In this document: positions 58,255 to 64,000 of the stretch, piece after piece
Layout: every line of letters begins with the position of its first letter
How positions within the stretch are numbered: the stretch's first letter is position 1
Source of the DNA: Spirochaetia bacterium
GTDB lineage: Bacteria > Spirochaetota > Spirochaetia > DSM-16054 > Sediminispirochaetaceae
NCBI GenBank assembly: GCA_034520965.1
Contig: JAXHMY010000001.1
Location: forward strand, 256,001 to 320,000
Length of the DNA stretch: 64,000 nt
Reading direction: 5' to 3'
The notes under the pieces: model-generated
Database searches by the model: none
The model's input: only the letters and a program-made list of their open reading frames with translations
What the model was told of the DNA's origin: nothing
Translations under genes and position numbers: made by a program

Positions 58255-58779
58255 TTATTGAAGATACTCGAACAATGCTGCAAAGCCCTGGCCGATAGTT
58301 TTTGACTCATCGACTATTGGATTGAAGTCGCCGCCGGCCACATAGGAACTCATCGGGCCCGAACCTGAACCGGATCCTGCTCCGCTGCCGGCGGGGGAAG
58401 TGGAGGTTTCACGGTTATTCTGCCACTCTATTGCACGCTGGTCGACCGCCATCAACTGACCCGCCGACAGCACTTCAAGTTCAAGTTGCTCGAGGGTTTC
58501 TTCCGCCCAGTCGGGTTCGATCCGGTTCATCCCTTTGATCTTTTCCATCAGCTTTTTAAACTCTGCTTTCTGCTCTGCATCGAGGACCAAACTACTCTCT
58601 TCGATGGTCATGGAATGGACATATCCGAAAAAGCGGCCCAGGTCGTACACCACTGCTACCTCTTCCTTCGCCTCCTGTATTGCCGGGTCAGGCTGGCTCT
58701 GAGCCGCAGCAGCCATAAGGCCGGTCAGCATCAGGAGGAGCACCAAAGCCAAATTTGGTAAAAATACTGTTCGCTTCAT
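58255..58779 (-). CDS. Hypothetical exported protein, last gene of the MacAB-TolC-like operon
   Basis: Signal peptide (...AAAAQ), helical core, Gly/Ser-rich linker, C-terminal FNP motif. 14 bp from the permease. Confidence 0.65.
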   Translation of the reverse strand: MKRTVFLPNLALVLLLMLTGLMAAAAQSQPDPAIQEAKEEVAVVYDLGRFFGYVHSMTIEESSLVLDAEQKAEFKKLMEKIKGMNRIEPDWAEETLEQLELEVLSAGQLMAVDQRAIEWQNNRETSTSPAGSGAGSGSGSGPMSSYVAGGDFNPIVDESKTIGQGFAALFEYLQ

Positions 58780-58793
58780 CTTTCTATTCTCCT

Positions 58794-60020
58794 TTATTCA
58801 TAACGTAAGGCTTCGATCGGATCCAGCCGCGAGGCACGGTACGCGGGATACCCTCCGAAAAACAGGCCGATCACAAAGGCAAAGCCGAATGCCATGAACA
58901 CTGAATCCAGGGATACCCGGGCTGCCATTCCACCCAAATTGGAGGCGGCCCAGGAGGAACCAATCCCGATCCCTATACCGACCAATCCTCCTAAGAGTGA
59001 AATTATGACTGCCTCCGTGATAAACTGCCGCAGAATGTCGGCGGCGGTTGCTCCAAGAGCCATGCGAACGCCGATCTCCCGGGTCCTCTCGGTGACCGAT
59101 ACCAACATAATGTTCATTATTCCGATTCCACCGACTAGTAGACTGATTGCAGCAATACTCGCCAAGAGTATTGTGAAGGTTTCAGTCACCCCCTGCATAC
59201 TATCGAGCAGGTCAAGCTGGTTGGCAATATAGAAATCGGCGGTATCCATATTCGGAAGTCGGTGGAGTCGCAGTATTTCATTTTCGATGATCCTCTGCAG
59301 GTCCCGCATGGCTTCGGTACTCTCCGCCTGTACATTTATTACGGAATACTCATTTTCCCCGGAGATATACCGCTGATAGGTTGAACTGGGGATGAATACC
59401 GATTCGTCCGAGGTGGCACTGCCCTTCTCTTCCATGATACCCACAATACGATGGTTGATTCCATTTATGCGCATCTGCAGCCCGACTGGGTCTAAGCCTT
59501 CGGGGAAGAGGTCGCGATAGACCTGGATTCCGATGACCGCTACGGGCTTGCGGGTATCCAGCTCGACTTGCGAAAAAAACCGGCCGTACACGGGATGGAA
59601 GTTCCGTATCTGCGGGTAGTCCACACCGGTACCCACCACGGTAGCCACAGTATTCACATTGGAATATTTTACCTGTGCGGTAGCTGTCGACTCTGATGTT
59701 GCCGCCTGTACATAGTTAGGACCGAGGGAGCGAATCATTTCCAGATCCTCCTCCGTCAGGGTGGGCTTAATATTTGTAGTGTTGCGCCTTACCAGGCTTC
59801 CTCCCCGGGGTTCTCCGGAGTACACAATCAGGAGGTTTGAGCCGAGGGATTCCAGATTCTCCTCTACCGAAATCTGCGCACCATTTCCGAGGGCTACCAA
59901 CGCGATCACCGCCGCCACCCCGATCATCACTCCCAGGGCGGTCAGGAAGGAGCGGATTTTATTTGAAGCGATACTACGCAGACTCATCACCAAGCTTTCA
60001 CGAAATGCGACAACCTTCAT
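58794..60020 (-). CDS. MacB-like ABC permease
   Basis: RSFLTALGVMIGVAAV, GGIGIMNIMLVSVTERTREIGVRMALGA, PAYRASRLDPIEALRYE. Confidence 0.93.
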   Translation of the reverse strand: MKVVAFRESLVMSLRSIASNKIRSFLTALGVMIGVAAVIALVALGNGAQISVEENLESLGSNLLIVYSGEPRGGSLVRRNTTNIKPTLTEEDLEMIRSLGPNYVQAATSESTATAQVKYSNVNTVATVVGTGVDYPQIRNFHPVYGRFFSQVELDTRKPVAVIGIQVYRDLFPEGLDPVGLQMRINGINHRIVGIMEEKGSATSDESVFIPSSTYQRYISGENEYSVINVQAESTEAMRDLQRIIENEILRLHRLPNMDTADFYIANQLDLLDSMQGVTETFTILLASIAAISLLVGGIGIMNIMLVSVTERTREIGVRMALGATAADILRQFITEAVIISLLGGLVGIGIGIGSSWAASNLGGMAARVSLDSVFMAFGFAFVIGLFFGGYPAYRASRLDPIEALRYE

Positions 60021-60715
60021 GATGTAAATTCCTTCGCAGCTATATCCTGCAAAATCCGACCATCCATTATTTGGATTACCCGCTTGGCCTGTTTTGCCAG
60101 GTCCGTATCATGGGTAACCATCACCAGAGTAACTCCCTCTTCATTTAACCGGTGAAAAAGTTTCATAATGTCGATGCCCGTTTTCGAATCGAGGGCTCCA
60201 GTCGGCTCATCGGCCAGAATAATTCTAGGCTCGGTGGCTAAGGCTCGGGCAATAGCCACTCGCTGTCGCTGCCCTCCTGAAAGCTGATTAGGTATGTGAT
60301 CTCCACGATCGGTTAACTGGACACGTTCCAGCATTCGACGGGCCTGTTCACGACGCTTCTTCGGCGATACCCCGGCATATATGAGCGGCAGCTCCACATT
60401 CTCTAGAGCAGTTTCACGGCCCAGAAGATTGAAACTCTGAAATACAAAACCTATATAGCGGTTGCGAACATGGGCCAACTCGTTGCGATTCATGTCGGAC
60501 ACATTCGTTCCCGCCAGGGAATACTTTCCCTGGGTCGGAAGATCAAGACAGCCGATAATGTTCATCAGGGTAGATTTGCCCGAACCGCTGGGCCCGATTA
60601 TTGAGACAAACTCCCCCTCGGCAATGCTGAAACTCATTTCGTCTATCGCCTTTACGGTGGTCGGTCCCATCTGGTAATGGCGACTGAGCCCGTCTATCTC
60701 TATGATATTGGCCAT
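60017..60715 (-). CDS. ABC ATP-binding protein (MacB/LolD-like)
   Basis: [36 protein letters not shown]. Confidence 0.95.
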   Translation of the reverse strand: MANIIEIDGLSRHYQMGPTTVKAIDEMSFSIAEGEFVSIIGPSGSGKSTLMNIIGCLDLPTQGKYSLAGTNVSDMNRNELAHVRNRYIGFVFQSFNLLGRETALENVELPLIYAGVSPKKRREQARRMLERVQLTDRGDHIPNQLSGGQRQRVAIARALATEPRIILADEPTGALDSKTGIDIMKLFHRLNEEGVTLVMVTHDTDLAKQAKRVIQIMDGRILQDIAAKEFTS

Positions 60716-60716
60716 T

Positions 60717-61907
60717 TTATCTGCTCCCGCCGCTGCCCGGCATATTAATAGGTATTATAGATGACCCTGAGGAAGTAGATGCTCCTTCTCCTAAGGTAAA
60801 TCCCGCTGTCTGGGGAACAACTACCAGAGCGCCCTCCGGCAAACCATCTGTGATAACCAAGTTCGTACCATCGTCGGCACCGGCGGTCACCCGGGTAGTC
60901 ACTACCTCCTCATTTTCATATACCTCCAGGTAGGACCGGCCCCTTACCGAAGAGACGGCCCCGGAGGGTACAATCAGGCCGGTATCATCACTAATGAGAA
61001 TGGAGATGTCCGCACTCATTCCCGGGCGTAAGCCCCCATCGACTGCCCGCAGAACCGTTGAAACAGTGAAGATTGAAATGTTGTTTATTACCTCCGCCGC
61101 CGGACTTACCCGTTCCACGGTAGAGCGGAGGACCTCGTTTCCAAGGGAGTCGGCGGTAATCTCCACCGGCATTCCTAGCTGTACTTTCCCGATATCAAAC
61201 TCATCCACTTCAGCGCGCAGGCGAAGCCGGGAGAGATCGGCAAAGGTCATGAGGGACGCCCCGGAGCTCATTACATCACCAGCACTTGTCCCCGCCTGTA
61301 GAACCACTCCGCTGAAAGGGGCTCTGATAAGCGTTTTATCAAGCTGCTCCACGGCTTTTTCCAACGCCAAAGTGCTTTGGGCTACCTTGATTTCAGCGGC
61401 GTTCACAGCAAATTCGGCGTTGACCTCTGCATCACGTGCAGCTTCCAACTCAGTTTTTGGTATAGACCCCGATGAAAACAGGCTCTGCTTGTCGATGAAT
61501 TCCAAATTCGCACTCTTATAAGCTAACTGCGCCCGCTGAAGGTCGAGTTTGGCTTGCTGCAGGTCCAGCTCTGCCTGCCGCCTGTCGTTCCTCTGATCGG
61601 TATCATCAAAATGGGCCAGTACCTCTCCCTGTTCAATTTTTTCCCCCTCCTCCACCGCCTCAATAACCATGCCCCCAAGGGAGCTGCGGATTTCCTGGGT
61701 TCGATAGGGTTCGACCACCGACGGGCCCTCCACCTTCACCGAAATAGTACCGGGTTTCGCCTCCACCACTGCAATCTCGTTTCCGGTATTGGAGCTCTCT
61801 GTCTCAGGTTCGCCAAGGGAAAGAGTTCCCAATAAAAAATATGCTGCAACGCCGGCCATCATTACTACAGCAGCTGCATAGATTGTTTTTTTCCTTCTTT
61901 TCTTCAT
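60717..61907 (-). CDS. Periplasmic adaptor / membrane fusion protein (MacA-like)
   Basis: N-terminal TM, lipoyl halves (G.V....V.EG; IRAPFSGVV), coiled coil, VDEFDI, LRPGMSA. Confidence 0.92.
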   Translation of the reverse strand: MKKRRKKTIYAAAVVMMAGVAAYFLLGTLSLGEPETESSNTGNEIAVVEAKPGTISVKVEGPSVVEPYRTQEIRSSLGGMVIEAVEEGEKIEQGEVLAHFDDTDQRNDRRQAELDLQQAKLDLQRAQLAYKSANLEFIDKQSLFSSGSIPKTELEAARDAEVNAEFAVNAAEIKVAQSTLALEKAVEQLDKTLIRAPFSGVVLQAGTSAGDVMSSGASLMTFADLSRLRLRAEVDEFDIGKVQLGMPVEITADSLGNEVLRSTVERVSPAAEVINNISIFTVSTVLRAVDGGLRPGMSADISILISDDTGLIVPSGAVSSVRGRSYLEVYENEEVVTTRVTAGADDGTNLVITDGLPEGALVVVPQTAGFTLGEGASTSSGSSIIPINMPGSGGSR

Positions 61908-61946
61908 CGCTTCTTCCTTATATTGCTTAGGTATATTGCTTCGGTT

Positions 61947-63305
61947 TTAGTTTCGGATAAACTTATTTAACCGATCGGCTGTCTGGAGTGTGAATAGTTT
62001 TGCCTCTACCCTGTCCGCCACTGCTGAAGCGTATCTAAACTCTGCCCGTTCCAGTTGAGCCCGGGCCATAAGCTCATCGGCTAGGGTTGCCCGCTGATCT
62101 TCTCTGCGGGAGAGTATGGTGTCGAGGGTCTCCCGGCTCAATTCGATTGACCGCCGGGCATGTTCCACCGCATCACTGCTAAGGAGATACTGCTGATACC
62201 CTGATCGAATCTGAAGCGCCAGGCTAGTGCTCAACTGCTCCAGGCGTGTCCGGCTCTGATCTATGCGGGTTTCAAGCAGCTCCCCTTCAAGGCGGCCGGA
62301 TTGCCCGCTCTGCAGGGGAATTGATACCGTAAACCCCAATTCCCAGGTATCCACGCTGCTGCTCCCGCGATTCAACTCCTCAAAATCGGTTCCAATTGTG
62401 GCCAAAGGGAAGGAGTAGTTCATGCTTAACTTGGGGCTCTCCGGGGTGTAGGAAATGGAGGCACTCTGGTCCCAGCCGGAGAAGGCTAAACCCAGGGTCG
62501 GGGCCAGGCTCCATCCACGGGTCGCCTCGAGTTCCCGACGATATGCACTTAACTGATCCTCGATCTCCCGAGCTTCGGGGTTGTGTTCAAGTGCCCAGGC
62601 CGTGAGCTCCTGGGGTGAGGGAAGCTCCTGGAAATTAACTTCGATCGGTTCGAGCACAGCTTCATTCGCCGGATTTATGCCAACCCCATAGGCTATTTCC
62701 AACCAGCTGATTCTCATGCTGAGGGTCCCGCTGATAAGCGCATTTTCTGCACTGCTCAGCTCATCTTTCGCCGTATTCAGTGCCGATAAGGAGGTATCCC
62801 CGCGGTCAAAACGCTGCCGTACTACTCGAAGATTCTCCCGGGCTGCATCCTCTTCAGATTTTAGTACCCCTACTTCACGCTGGGCAAGCCAAGCCTGTTG
62901 GTAGAGGGTAAACAACTTCACATAGCCCTCAGCACGAGCCTGTTCCAAATTCACTTGCTCCCGGGTAAGGGCGGCCTCGGAGGTCTGCACCTCCAGCCTT
63001 TGCGAGGAGGAGAGTCCCAGGGGAAGGGCGGCACTTAAACTGCCGCTTAGCTGAGTCTGCTCGGCAAAATCCCCTCCATCTTCACTCTTTACCGATATGG
63101 AAGGGCTTAAGGAGAGACTGGGATCGCCGGGAAATACGCTGATTGCATACCTCTGCTCAGCTGCCTGCAGCACAAGCAGCGCTGTTTGTACTTCAGGTAA
63201 TCGATCAACCTGTCCGGTTACATCGCTCAGGGACAAGGCCCATCCGGTGAGGGCCGGGAAAAAAAGTAGTAGGAAGAAAATGCCTGCTTTATATCGTCTT
63301 ATCAT
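61947..63305 (-). CDS. TolC-family outer membrane protein
   Basis: Signal peptide, two repeats of helical barrel plus beta strands (R..RG..S; VSIPL). First gene of the operon. Confidence 0.8.
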   Translation of the reverse strand: MIRRYKAGIFFLLLFFPALTGWALSLSDVTGQVDRLPEVQTALLVLQAAEQRYAISVFPGDPSLSLSPSISVKSEDGGDFAEQTQLSGSLSAALPLGLSSSQRLEVQTSEAALTREQVNLEQARAEGYVKLFTLYQQAWLAQREVGVLKSEEDAARENLRVVRQRFDRGDTSLSALNTAKDELSSAENALISGTLSMRISWLEIAYGVGINPANEAVLEPIEVNFQELPSPQELTAWALEHNPEAREIEDQLSAYRRELEATRGWSLAPTLGLAFSGWDQSASISYTPESPKLSMNYSFPLATIGTDFEELNRGSSSVDTWELGFTVSIPLQSGQSGRLEGELLETRIDQSRTRLEQLSTSLALQIRSGYQQYLLSSDAVEHARRSIELSRETLDTILSRREDQRATLADELMARAQLERAEFRYASAVADRVEAKLFTLQTADRLNKFIRN

Positions 63306-63502
63306 TATATTCCTCTATTTATATATAATTAGTAAATCGTCCTTATTCAATTAACCGTAAAAGTGTGAACAGAATATGAAGCAAGTATGTTTAATTTGGG
63401 TATATGCACTAAATACTTGGGTGGATCAGGCGCAGCTTAGAATAGGGCCTGTGGATAGCTTTGGGCGATGGCCAGGAAACATAATGATTGCATTTTTATA
63501 TA

Positions 63503-63531
63503 TTGACATATTCATATATTAGAGTTAGAGT
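63503..63531 (+). promoter_or_regulatory. Sigma70-type promoter candidate
   Basis: TTGACA-N17-TAGAGT, overlapped downstream by the inverted repeat AGTATTTTG-N8-CAAAATACT (63529-63554). Confidence 0.55.
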
Positions 63532-63646
63532 ATTTTGTGCATATGCAAAATACTAATAAACAAAACACTCCGCGGCCAGGAGCACCGAAGAAAGAACGCC
63601 GCTGCCGAGAGCTTGGACAATTTCGTCGGTTTAAGCCGGCAGGCCG

Positions 63647-64000
63647 CTACTGCACATCCGGACGGCTTTGAGTAAAGCCCTTCTCCCGGGCATAGCCGTC
63701 GATAAGCTCTAAAAACAGGGTCCCGTACTGTTTCATTTTCTTTCGTCCCACACCGCTAATTTGCAGGAAGGCGGGCCGGTCCCGGGGAATCTCCCGGGCC
63801 ATCTCTTCCAGACTCGCATCGGAGAATACCATATACGGGGCAATGCCTTTTTCCCGGGACAGCTCGAGCCGCTTCTCCCGCAGCCGTTCGAAAAGCTCAG
63901 GATCGTACTCCTCCTTGGAAGACTTTTTGAGCAGTATCGCCTGTTGAGCCCGGCGGACCACCTGAAAGGCCGCTCGGCCGAACAAAATATCCCGGCCGGT
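63647..64000 (-). CDS. recQ: C-terminal HRDC domain of a RecQ-type helicase (5' part outside the window)
   Basis: LFERLREKRLELSREKGIAPYMVFSDASLEEMA...P......ISGVG..K...YG..FL, an HRDC domain; open to the window edge. Confidence 0.75.
   Translation of the reverse strand, partial: TGRDILFGRAAFQVVRRAQQAILLKKSSKEEYDPELFERLREKRLELSREKGIAPYMVFSDASLEEMAREIPRDRPAFLQISGVGRKKMKQYGTLFLELIDGYAREKGFTQSRPDVQ

Noticed and set aside
361..63354. Numerous 60-290 aa antisense or overlapping ORFs in the ORF track (e.g. 5920-6783, 8335-9207, 13500-14213, 49578-50306)
   Set aside because: They lie opposite well-supported genes and lack motifs; these are shadow ORFs expected from codon bias.
1..64000. CRISPR arrays, tRNA/rRNA genes, intact transposases or phage genes
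   Set aside because: No regularly spaced repeats or recognisable signatures were seen by eye; intergenic gaps are short.

Overview
Bacterial chromosomal window, most likely from an anaerobic, probably salt-adapted member of the Spirochaetia. This is inferred from the 'AGGQKE/AGGAQE'-type solute-binding-protein N-termini, a spirochaete-style lipobox and acidic proteins. In order, the window holds: (1) a carbohydrate ABC operon with a ROK-type operator, feeding a GH161-like glucan phosphorylase that runs off the left edge; (2) an anaerobic purine/urate catabolism cluster (ygfK, ssnA, ygeY, three-subunit Mo-hydroxylase, 8-oxoguanine-deaminase-like amidohydrolase, ygeW) with two divergent PLP enzymes, and dpaL about 16 kb away; (3) an accessory region of about 12 kb with paralogous REC-PAS-HisKA_2 kinases, a diguanylate cyclase, two toxin-antitoxin pairs and several gene relics, one split by a ~140-bp double-palindrome insertion with a 7-bp flanking direct repeat; (4) an outer-membrane protein / class III nucleotide cyclase / FHA-LuxR gene group; (5) sbcB and an NfeD-SPFH-SPFH-Ca/Na antiporter operon; (6) an AraR-like regulated ABC + GH3 + DUF2264 (GH154-like) sugar locus with candidate operators; (7) a chromate transporter pair, a MacAB-TolC-type exporter and the 3' end of recQ. 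Seven genes carry small indels or an in-frame stop, several of which look like consensus or long-read artefacts. No rRNA, tRNA, CRISPR array or intact transposase was seen. All product calls come from recognising motifs by eye, not from database searches.
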